From assembly GCA_032124675.1 (NCBI GenBank), contig JAQBDA010000049.1:1-62685 (forward strand): a stretch of 62,685 nucleotides of DNA, in the 5' to 3' direction. Positions 1 through 8,095 of this stretch are shown piece by piece. Each line of letters starts with the position of its first letter. The first letter of the stretch is position 1. The notes under the pieces were generated by a model that saw nothing but the letters and a program-made list of their open reading frames with translations, was not told the DNA's origin and made no database searches. Source of the stretch: Chloroflexota bacterium (GTDB lineage: Bacteria > Chloroflexota > Anaerolineae > Anaerolineales > UBA4823). The position numbers were made by a program, and so were the translations under genes.

Positions 1-652
1 CCGAACAAACCAGGAAATCGCAGCCCAGGCGCTGCACGTCTACCGGCCCGTGGGGGGCATACTGCACCGCATCGATGAAAGTCAGCGCACCGGTCTGCTT
101 TGCCATCTCGACGATCTTCGCCACCGGGTTGATCGTCCCCAGGGCATTGGAAGCATAGCCCACCGCCACCAGGCGCGGCCTGCCCTCCATAGCGCGCTGC
201 ATATCTTCCATATCCAGAGTGCCATCCTCCATGTGGAAGTCGACCCAGCGCACTCGCAGGCCGCGCTCCTCCGCCAGCATGACCCAGGGGGTGATGTTGG
301 CGTCGTGATCGAGGCGCGTGACCACAATCTCGTCGCCCGCCTTCAACCAGCGCCCAAGCGCGCGGCTGATATTGAAGGTCAGCGAGGTCATGTTGGGACC
401 GAAGACGATCTCATCCGGCCGGGAGGCGTTCAGAAAATCAGCGGCTGTGGAGCGCGCCTCATCCACCACTGCATCCGAAGCACGGCTGGTGGCAAAGGCA
501 CCGTCGTGGTTGGCATTGTGCTCTACCAGATAGGCACTCATCCGCTGCAGGCAGGTTTTGGCAACCTGCGTGCCAGCCGGGTTGTCTAGATAGATTGCCG
601 GTCGTTCCAGGGCGGGGAACTGTCCGCGGATGGTCGGTATGTCAAGGGTCAT
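1..652 (-). CDS. Cysteine desulfurase-like PLP aminotransferase class V protein (3' end runs off the window)
   Basis: Manual translation from ATG at 652: MTLDIPTIRGQFPALERPAIYLDNPAGTQ...IVFGPNMTSL...RLDHDANITPW...ASNALGTINP...FIDAVQYAPH. AGGAG RBS at 659-663 (minus strand). Absent from the ORF track because it has no stop inside the window. Confidence 0.88.
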   Translation of the reverse strand, partial: MTLDIPTIRGQFPALERPAIYLDNPAGTQVAKTCLQRMSAYLVEHNANHDGAFATSRASDAVVDEARSTAADFLNASRPDEIVFGPNMTSLTFNISRALGRWLKAGDEIVVTRLDHDANITPWVMLAEERGLRVRWVDFHMEDGTLDMEDMQRAMEGRPRLVAVGYASNALGTINPVAKIVEMAKQTGALTFIDAVQYAPHGPVDVQRLGCDFLVCS

Positions 653-693
653 AGCAGGCTCCTATGAATTTTGCTATGTGCATTGCTGCACGG

Positions 694-1677
694 CTAAGCG
701 TACGCCTCAGGGTTGATGCAGTGCGGAAGCTTTTCGCCGCTCAGTCCTGCCAGCAGGTTGTCGATGCCAATCTGCACCATTTTATTACGCGTCTTGACCG
801 TCGCGCTGGCGATGTGCGGCGTGACGATCAGATTGTCCAGGCTGAGCAGCGGGTGGTCCGGCGGGAGCGGCTCCGGCTCGGTGACGTCCATCGCCGCGGC
901 CCGGATAACTCTGTTTTTCAGGGCATGGTACAGTGCCTCCTGATCGACCACAGCCCCGCGGGCGGTGTTCACCAGGATGGCATCCGGTTTCATCTGAGAC
1001 AGCGTGTCGGCGTTGATCATGTGATACGTCTCGTCGTTCAGCGCCATATGCAGCGAGATGAAATCCGACTCGCGCAACAAGGTCTCGTAATCGACGCATT
1101 CAGCACCGATCTGCATTGCGTATGGATCGTCCTGGCAGAGCGGGTCGTAATACAGCACACGCATGTCGAATCCCCTACCGCGTTTCGCCACCCGCCTGCC
1201 GATGCGCCCGAAACCGATGATGCCCAGCGTGGCGCCGCTGATATCTTCACCCAGCAGCGTGGTCAGACCCCAGGTCTTCCAGCCCCCCGCCCGCACGAAT
1301 TGGTCCCCTTCTGCGATGCGGCGACCGGCTGCCATCAGCAGCCCAAAGGCGAAATCCGCGGTGCTGTCGGTCAGCACTCCCGGTGTATTGCCCACCGGGA
1401 TGCGGCGCGCAGTGGCTTCTTCCACATCAATATTGTCATAACCTACCGCGCAGTTGCTGATCACCATCAGCCCGCTTCCGGCAGCGTCCATCACCTCTGC
1501 GTCGATCGTGTCGGTGAGCAGCGACAGGATACCGTCTTTCCCGGACGAGCGTGCCAGGAGCACATCCCGGGGCGGCGGCAGCTCCTCATCCCACAAGTCG
1601 ACATCACAACTCTCCTGCAGCAGGGCAAGCTTAGCCGGGGGGATATGGCGTGCCACAAATACCGTCGGTTTTCGCAT
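694..1677 (-). CDS. D-glycerate dehydrogenase / glyoxylate reductase (D-isomer 2-hydroxyacid dehydrogenase)
   Basis: AVGYDNID, NTPGVLT, GIIGFGRIG, LVNTARG, DVTEPEP and TPHIASAT motifs. Start placed at 1677 (GGAG upstream); 1692 is the alternative. Confidence 0.9.
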   Translation of the reverse strand: MRKPTVFVARHIPPAKLALLQESCDVDLWDEELPPPRDVLLARSSGKDGILSLLTDTIDAEVMDAAGSGLMVISNCAVGYDNIDVEEATARRIPVGNTPGVLTDSTADFAFGLLMAAGRRIAEGDQFVRAGGWKTWGLTTLLGEDISGATLGIIGFGRIGRRVAKRGRGFDMRVLYYDPLCQDDPYAMQIGAECVDYETLLRESDFISLHMALNDETYHMINADTLSQMKPDAILVNTARGAVVDQEALYHALKNRVIRAAAMDVTEPEPLPPDHPLLSLDNLIVTPHIASATVKTRNKMVQIGIDNLLAGLSGEKLPHCINPEAYA

Positions 1678-1764
1678 ACTATCGTTCTCCATTAATTAGC
1701 TGTTTTTTTTACCATCCAATAAGGGTTTCAGTATATACGCTCTGGAAGACTATTAAGCCAGCGA

Positions 1765-2427
1765 TCATTGCTGCCATCTGAAGCTGGCAAGGATGCTGCC
1801 AAAGACATCGCTTTCGCGGTGTCGATCAAATTCCGGTAAAGGAGTCTCGAAATTATAGGCATCCATTGAATGCAGCACGAAAGTCAGGCTGATACAAACA
1901 TTAGGGTTGGCTGTCGAATATCCGCTCCAGTCGTAGAAATTTCCGGCAGCACCTTCGGACCCGGAGAGCAGGGTGAATGTCTGCTCGCCAATTTCCACTT
2001 GAGACACCTGCAGTGCCTCCGGGCTGTAGCCGACCGCCAGCGAGCTCTGGCAGCGGGCGTCACCCGGCTGGACATCGATTAGCAGATACTTCTCCTGCAG
2101 GTTGGTCCCCGGTCTGATTGGCAGGTCAATGCGGGATTGATCCGGAGCAGCCGCCACCACAACTCCGTCCGGCGGAACCAGCAGCTCGAAGCCATGGCGT
2201 TCATCCCGGTATAGCTGCCAATCCAGCAGGTTTTGCGTTCCAGGAAGTGTGCTTGCCGGGGCAGATGCTGTTGGACGGGCTGCCGTGGGGATATCCGTTT
2301 CGAGGGCAAGCGGGGCAGCACTGCGCTGGAGCGTGAGGGTACACCCGGCAGCGAGGGCAGCCAAAGCCAGGACCACCAGGACGAGGACCAACTTTACCGC
2401 CAGCGATGCGTGATAAGAGGGAGTCAT
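1765..2427 (-). CDS. Hypothetical lipoprotein
   Basis: Hydrophobic signal ending LAAGC, Pro/Thr linker, then a soluble domain. Overlaps the upstream gene by 4 nt. Confidence 0.65.
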   Translation of the reverse strand: MTPSYHASLAVKLVLVLVVLALAALAAGCTLTLQRSAAPLALETDIPTAARPTASAPASTLPGTQNLLDWQLYRDERHGFELLVPPDGVVVAAAPDQSRIDLPIRPGTNLQEKYLLIDVQPGDARCQSSLAVGYSPEALQVSQVEIGEQTFTLLSGSEGAAGNFYDWSGYSTANPNVCISLTFVLHSMDAYNFETPLPEFDRHRESDVFGSILASFRWQQ

Positions 2428-3401
2428 TCCTCGTCTGGGTTTGTCTCAGTCGCCTCGCCAGATTCCAGGGCAGAGTCTTCTATCTGTTCAAATTGGACAA
2501 TCACATCGCTCGCTTCTACGATCTCCGGCTGGTCTGCTGTAGTTGGGGTATCAGCCGGTACAGTCTCCTCTGCCAGCGTGACCTCCGCTTGAGCATCCGG
2601 CTGCGGGTAGCTCCAGGGCAGGTAGCCGGTCCTCAGATAGCCGCGGGCGACTGCCAGCATGGTAAGCTGGGCTATTATTAACCAAAGCAGCACCAGGCTC
2701 ACGATCACTGTAAGGATGTCTATCCAGACCGGCACCTGGCTTTGCAGCGTGGCGATGGCTGCCTGGACGGTATCGACCTGACCCATAAAGCCCTGAAGAA
2801 CGGATTGGACTGCCGCCAGCTCATCTTCGATCCTGGTAGCCATCTGGGTTATCGGCGTAACCAGCGTGTCCACCACCCCCGATTTAACCTGGGCAACCAG
2901 GCTGCGCAGATCCTGAACGACCAGCGCCAGGTCTGCCAGCCGGTCCGAAACCGTCTGAAGCTCATCCGTGAGGGTGGGTACTTCAATGCCCGGGATTGCG
3001 TTGACAGCCACCAGGGTAGCATTGAAGGTTGCGACAGCATCACGCAGGGCAATCGCCGTCTCCCTGACGGAGTTGATCTTACTGACCAGGTCTTCGTTCA
3101 CAGATTTGGACAGCAGGTCGAGCAGCGGGCTTCCGGCCTCGAAATTCTCGCCTAGCTGTCCAGCGGCAGAGATAATGGTCTGCACCAGCTCTCGCGAGCT
3201 GCTAACAGCAGTATCCAGGCGCAGCAGTGAATTTTCCAGCACGCTTAGACCGGTCTGGATCCCATCCAGGATGGACAGGATCTCCCCGGTGACCCGCTCG
3301 TTGACAGCCCAGCTGCCAGCAATCGCCACCACCCCCACCAAGATGCCCACCACTACCGCAACAATAATGACCCAGGCGAAAAATCGATTGATCGTTCTCA
3401 T
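2424..3401 (-). CDS. Hypothetical membrane protein (two TM helices flanking a long helical region, acidic tail)
   Basis: 325-aa ORF with N- and C-terminal hydrophobic segments and a GGAGG RBS upstream. Confidence 0.7.
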   Translation of the reverse strand: MRTINRFFAWVIIVAVVVGILVGVVAIAGSWAVNERVTGEILSILDGIQTGLSVLENSLLRLDTAVSSSRELVQTIISAAGQLGENFEAGSPLLDLLSKSVNEDLVSKINSVRETAIALRDAVATFNATLVAVNAIPGIEVPTLTDELQTVSDRLADLALVVQDLRSLVAQVKSGVVDTLVTPITQMATRIEDELAAVQSVLQGFMGQVDTVQAAIATLQSQVPVWIDILTVIVSLVLLWLIIAQLTMLAVARGYLRTGYLPWSYPQPDAQAEVTLAEETVPADTPTTADQPEIVEASDVIVQFEQIEDSALESGEATETNPDEE

Positions 3402-3735
3402 AGTGCTGCCTCCACTGTCGTACCCTGGATTTGTCGTACTGTATCAGCACCCGGAAAAACAGACTTGGGCCTGCGCTATACTCCGGTTGTCCCTCCCCAC
3501 AGGTGTCCAACCTGTGCCGGGGCTGCACTCAATTTTAACACGTCATCTGCGCAGCAGGAGAAATCCAGCTCGCTATCCGTGCGAGCGGCGGGCTAGTATA
3601 TGCGCAGGTCGATCAGCGGCAGCAGTTTGGGCGATTTCACCTTGAACTGCGTCACACCTTCAAAAAATACGGTTACAATTCATATAACAGCGGCGCCCTA
3701 GATTCTGTCTATGAGGCGGCGCAGTTGGGTGCAGG

Positions 3736-4272
3736 ATGAGCAACAGCAATATAATGATTAAAATATTCACCGCAGGCGGCTCGATCGATAAAACCTATTC
3801 GACCCGGGTGAGTGATTTCATTGTTGGCGAGCCTCAGATAGAGCAGCTCTTGCGCGAGGCCAACACCACACTAGAATACGAAATCGAACCGCTGGTCATG
3901 AAAGACAGCCTGGAGCTCAGCGACGATGACCGCAGGCTGATCGCGGACAGAGTCCGCTCCGCGGCAGAAAGCCATATCTTGATCACCCACGGCACCGATA
4001 CGATGCTTGCTACTGCCCAAGAATTGCAGGACATCCCGGGTAAGGTGATCGTCCTGACCGGGGCGATGCAGCCGGCAGCATTCAAGCACTCCGACGCTGC
4101 CTTCAACATCGGCGGCGCGCTGCTCGCACTGCAAACGCTCCCTGAAGGGGTATATTTGGTGATGAACGGCAGGGTATTCGACCCACGCCGCACACACAAG
4201 AACATCCAGATGGATCGCTTCGAAGCGAGCGGCGATATACCCGATTCAATGGATACATTACCTACCCGATAA
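3736..4272 (+). CDS. Asparaginase N-terminal-domain protein (short form)
   Basis: TAGGSIDK, ITHGTDT, VLTGAMQP and SDAAFNIG motifs. Confidence 0.85.
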   Translation: MSNSNIMIKIFTAGGSIDKTYSTRVSDFIVGEPQIEQLLREANTTLEYEIEPLVMKDSLELSDDDRRLIADRVRSAAESHILITHGTDTMLATAQELQDIPGKVIVLTGAMQPAAFKHSDAAFNIGGALLALQTLPEGVYLVMNGRVFDPRRTHKNIQMDRFEASGDIPDSMDTLPTR

Positions 4273-4289
4273 ACCCACAGGAGATTGGT

Positions 4290-4976
4290 ATGACGGAGAA
4301 TGATCGCAGCAGGAACTTCATCATTGGAGCAGCCGGTGGCATGCTGGCAGCGGCATCGTATCTGCTCCTCGTCCGTCCCTGGATGCTCACCTGGGGCGCA
4401 ACCCAAGGTGAGGTCGACCGTCTTCTGCCAGGGGACGAGCTGATACCTGCGCCGAATATATACGCCACCCACGCAGTGACCATACAGGCACCGCCGTCTG
4501 CCGTGTGGCCCTGGCTGGCACAGCTGGGTCAGGGACGCGGCGGCTTCTACAGCTATGACTGGATCGAAAATATGATGGGGCTGGATATTCATACCGCAGA
4601 TAGAATCCTCCCCGAGCACCAGGATATCAAGGCTGGTGATACAATCGCGCTGGCGCCAGAAGGGTTCAGCATACCGGCAGCGATAGTCGACCCCTGGCAC
4701 ACCCTCGTGCTGCATGGCGATACGCGCAACGCAGGGGCTGGCGAAGCGCCGCCGATGAGACCCGGCGACTTCCTGGCCATGACCTGGGGCTTCTACCTGC
4801 TCGAGCGTGGAGATGGAACGACCCGCTTGATCGAGCGCTCGAAAATGGTTTGGAACCCCAGCCTGGCAAACTCGTTCTTCTATCGGCTGTTCCTCGAACC
4901 TGGTGCGTTCTTGATGGAGCGCAAGATGATACTGGGTATCAAACAGAGAGCCGAAGCGCTGTATAACAGGAGTTGA
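4290..4976 (+). CDS. Hypothetical SRPBCC-like protein
   Basis: WGAT...LPGD...THAVTI.APPSAVWPWLAQLGQGRGGFYSYDWIEN...FLMERKM, a pattern I recognise from a widespread uncharacterised family. Confidence 0.7.
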   Translation: MTENDRSRNFIIGAAGGMLAAASYLLLVRPWMLTWGATQGEVDRLLPGDELIPAPNIYATHAVTIQAPPSAVWPWLAQLGQGRGGFYSYDWIENMMGLDIHTADRILPEHQDIKAGDTIALAPEGFSIPAAIVDPWHTLVLHGDTRNAGAGEAPPMRPGDFLAMTWGFYLLERGDGTTRLIERSKMVWNPSLANSFFYRLFLEPGAFLMERKMILGIKQRAEALYNRS

Positions 4977-5044
4977 GAACATACAAGCTGCGCTGCCAGT
5001 GATAATTGGAAGGAACAGGTATTTAATCAAGTGGAGGTTTCTCA

Positions 5045-5731
5045 ATGAGTGTGCGATATATCTGGTATGGCCATGCAACTCACGGATTGGAAGTAGATGG
5101 TACGAAGATACTCGTCGATCCTTTTTTTAACGACAACCCGGCCGCCGCGATCTCTGCCGACCAGGTACAGGCGGACTACATCTTGATCAGCCATGGTCAT
5201 TTCGATCATGTGAACGACCTGGTGGATATCGCCCGGCGCACCGCGGCTCCGGTCATAACAAACTTCGAGATCGCCAACTGGCTGGGTGAGAAGGGCATAA
5301 ATGCACACGCCCAGCACATCGGCGGCGGCTTCCACCACCCTTTTGGCTACCTTAAGCTGACCCAGGCGCTTCACGGCTCCGGCCTGCCGGATTTCGCCTA
5401 CGGCGGCAACCCGTGCGGCTTCCTGCTCACCACCGGTTCTGGGGTGAAGGTCTACCTGGCATGCGATACCGGCCTCTTCGGGGATATGCGCTTGATCGGT
5501 GAAGAGGGCATCGATCTGGCGGTGCTGCCTATCGGAGATAACTTCACCATGGGTCCGGATGATGCCGTGCGCGCCGTCAAGCTGATCCAGCCGAAGCACG
5601 TTATCCCTGTACATTACAACACCTGGGAACTGATCGCACAGGATCCCGAAGCATGGGCCAGGCGGGTAGATCTGGAGACAGATGCCCAGCCGCACGTTCT
5701 CAAACCCGGCGAGACTTTCACGCTCGATTGA
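5045..5731 (+). CDS. Metal-dependent hydrolase, metallo-beta-lactamase fold (UPF0173-like)
   Basis: WYGHA, VDPF, SHGHFDH, DTGLF, LPIGDNFTMGP and IPVHYNT motifs. Confidence 0.88.
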   Translation: MSVRYIWYGHATHGLEVDGTKILVDPFFNDNPAAAISADQVQADYILISHGHFDHVNDLVDIARRTAAPVITNFEIANWLGEKGINAHAQHIGGGFHHPFGYLKLTQALHGSGLPDFAYGGNPCGFLLTTGSGVKVYLACDTGLFGDMRLIGEEGIDLAVLPIGDNFTMGPDDAVRAVKLIQPKHVIPVHYNTWELIAQDPEAWARRVDLETDAQPHVLKPGETFTLD

Positions 5732-5744
5732 GCAGGAGGCAGCG

Positions 5745-6383
5745 ATGTTTGACAGTATTTTCCGCCGCAAAGAGGACGAAGACCGGGTGCGCAGCGAGGG
5801 ACGACTGCCCCCCGGGCAATCGCTGACCCAGAAATTCCCGGTGCTGCACTACGGACCGACCCCGGGTTTCAACCCGGCGACCTGGGATTTCCGCGTGTGG
5901 GGTGAGGTGGAGCAGGAATCACGCTGGACCTGGGACGAATTTCAAAGTCTGCCGCGTACCAGACTGATGATGGATATCCACTGCGTAACCCGCTGGAGCA
6001 AGTTCGACACCGAATGGGAAGGGGTATCGCTGCGCACCCTGGTCGACCAGGGCAGTATTAAACCGAAATCCACCGCCCAATTTGTGATGCAGCACGCTGA
6101 GTATGGCTTTACTACCAACCTGCCGCTGGATATCATGCTCTCGGAAAACTTCCTGCTGGCGACCCATTTCAACGGTGAGCCGCTGACGCCCGACCACGGC
6201 TACCCCCTGCGCGGCGTCGTTGGAAATATCCCGAATCGCGATGAGCTAGTGGTGCCATATTTCTGGAAAGGGGCAAAGTGGCTGCGCGGCCTGGAATTTA
6301 TGCGCCAGGACAAACGCGGCTTCTGGGAGCAAGCCGGCTATCACAACCGGGCTGACGTGTGGAATGAAGAACGCTTTGGATAG
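5745..6383 (+). CDS. Sulfite oxidase-like molybdopterin oxidoreductase
   Basis: RLPPGQ..T.KFPVL, DIHCVTRWSK, HGYPLR, YFWKGAKW, GFWE..GYH. AGGAGG RBS before ATG 5745. Confidence 0.88.
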   Translation: MFDSIFRRKEDEDRVRSEGRLPPGQSLTQKFPVLHYGPTPGFNPATWDFRVWGEVEQESRWTWDEFQSLPRTRLMMDIHCVTRWSKFDTEWEGVSLRTLVDQGSIKPKSTAQFVMQHAEYGFTTNLPLDIMLSENFLLATHFNGEPLTPDHGYPLRGVVGNIPNRDELVVPYFWKGAKWLRGLEFMRQDKRGFWEQAGYHNRADVWNEERFG

Positions 6384-6386
6384 CCT

Positions 6387-6689
6387 GTGATCGACTGGTT
6401 CAACCTTGCTGCTAATGCACTCTGGGTCCTGGGCTGTGCGGTCGTGCTGGCAGCCCTGAGCTATGCCAGCTGGGAGGCTTCCAGAAACCAGGAGCGGATG
6501 AGCGCCCGCCTCAAACGCCCCCCCCTACAGGCTGCACTCGCCCTTGGGGGGACGCTGTTCTTTCTGGGACTGGCTGCGGTAGAGAACGATCTACTGCCCA
6601 GGGTCTTCTATATCGTTCTGGCAGCGCTGTCCTTTATCCTGTTGCTAGCGGCGTTCTGGATGATGAGAAAGTCCGCGCCCCCCACTTGA
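6387..6689 (+). CDS. Small hypothetical membrane protein (3 TM)
   Basis: 100-aa hydrophobic ORF directly after the previous stop. Confidence 0.6.
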   Translation: MIDWFNLAANALWVLGCAVVLAALSYASWEASRNQERMSARLKRPPLQAALALGGTLFFLGLAAVENDLLPRVFYIVLAALSFILLLAAFWMMRKSAPPT

Positions 6690-6727
6690 GTTGGAAAATT
6701 GTAGTTGGTTTTTTGAGAACGGCTGGT

Positions 6728-7675
6728 TTACCGCCTGCCGTTCTCTATTTTTTCACACTCACCGCGCCTGATCCGGAAGTGGTCGAAGTCTCTGGCAATC
6801 CGCGTGGCGGGGAAAACCGCCTGCGCTTCTGCCAGTACGTCCCGCTCCCGGTAGCGCCGGGAGATATGGGTCAGGATAAGCTGTGCCACATCAGCCTCCT
6901 GGGCTAATTCTGCCGCCTGGCGGGCGGTCAGGTGGGCAAAGTCGCGCGCCATATCCGCCTCCGACTCAAGATAAGTAGCCTCGATCACCAGCAGGTCGGC
7001 ACCGCGGCAGACATCCACCAGACCCTCTACCCGGCCGACATCGCCAACGTGTACCAATCGGGTACCCGGGCGCTCCTCCCCCAGCACCTGTTCCGGTTGG
7101 ACCTGGCGTCCATCCGGCAGCCGGACAGACTGCCCGCTGACCAGGTCGCGCCGCCACGGCCCGGGAGGGACGCCGAGTGCCTCGGCCTGCTCGACCAGGA
7201 ACGGTCGCCGAGGTTTTTCCTCGAAGAGATAGCCGAAACAATCCGGCCCGCGGTGCTGCACGGGAAATGCCGTGACCTGGAGGTCTCCCTCCAAGAAAAT
7301 TACACCAGGCTGGATCTCGCGCAGATGGATGGCGATCGGCGGGCGCGCCCCACGCAGCACAACGCCGAACAGCAGGTCGTGGATGCGCTCGAGCGCCCAA
7401 CGCCCGCCGAGGATCTCCAGCTCTTCGATTGCCTCCCACCTTGAAAATGTGGACATCAGCCCCGCCAGCCCCAGGATATGGTCCAGGTGCCCGTGGGTGA
7501 TCAGGATGCGGTTGAGGCGTTTGAACCCGATCCCGGCTTGCAGGATCTGGCGCTGGGTGCCTTCTCCGCAGTCAATCAAAAAACGGTACTCGTCGTGCAG
7601 GACGATCTGGGCGGATAAGCCGCGGTGCACGGACGGCGCTGATGCGGATGTGCCTAGGAAGAGGATTTCGTACAA
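6728..7675 (-). CDS. rnz: Ribonuclease Z
   Basis: FLGTSA, IDCGEGTQRQ, THGHLDH, exosite LGVPPGP, LVIEATY, HLTA, LTHISRRY. TTG start. Confidence 0.92.
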   Translation of the reverse strand: MYEILFLGTSASAPSVHRGLSAQIVLHDEYRFLIDCGEGTQRQILQAGIGFKRLNRILITHGHLDHILGLAGLMSTFSRWEAIEELEILGGRWALERIHDLLFGVVLRGARPPIAIHLREIQPGVIFLEGDLQVTAFPVQHRGPDCFGYLFEEKPRRPFLVEQAEALGVPPGPWRRDLVSGQSVRLPDGRQVQPEQVLGEERPGTRLVHVGDVGRVEGLVDVCRGADLLVIEATYLESEADMARDFAHLTARQAAELAQEADVAQLILTHISRRYRERDVLAEAQAVFPATRIARDFDHFRIRRGECEKIENGRR

Positions 7676-7746
7676 TCGACTCGCCTTTCTGCCGGGCTGG
7701 GAATAGATCAGACGCTTGGAAATACAATGCCGGTGCGTTCCTTGGT

Positions 7747-7870
7747 AAACCGCCGGAAATATCTTAACAAAATGTATCAGCTCGAACGGCGGTTTTCTTG
7801 CAAATGCCCTACATTTGCCTGCAATTCGCTGATACCAAAAGAGTTGGTTAAATTTCTATCAGCGAATTGC
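7747..7870. repeat. Three consecutive inverted repeats in the rnz/ftsK divergent intergenic region
   Basis: AAACCGCCG(7747-7755)/CGGCGGTTT(7787-7795); GCAAATG(7800-7806)/CATTTGC(7812-7818); GCAATTCGCTGATA(7821-7834)/TATCAGCGAATTGC(7857-7870). Confidence 0.6.
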
Positions 7871-8012
7871 CTGGGTCTGACGGATAAATTGTACCTCATC
7901 TCGCCCCATCTCTCACCGCCAGCACCGCCTGGCTCCCAGGACAGGAATGCCTAATGAGTGAAACCGTGCCGGTTGGTCACCTGCACCGGGGCACCCATTA
8001 TCAGACCATACG

Positions 8013-8021
8013 TGCTATAAT
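8013..8021 (+). promoter_or_regulatory. Extended -10 promoter (TGcTATAAT) for ftsK
   Basis: Exact TGnTATAAT 75 nt upstream of the ftsK ATG. Confidence 0.55.
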
Positions 8022-8095
8022 GAATCAGTCACCCGCAGCCTGAACTGTCTCAAAAGAGGTGCGCACTACCCGATAGGAACCAACCTCTCACACCA

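Noticed and set aside
3593-3670. Minus-strand peptide FFEGVTQFKVKSPKLLPLIDLRIY* and a nearby imperfect hairpin
   Set aside because: Too short, no start codon, and no recognisable family or RNA motif.
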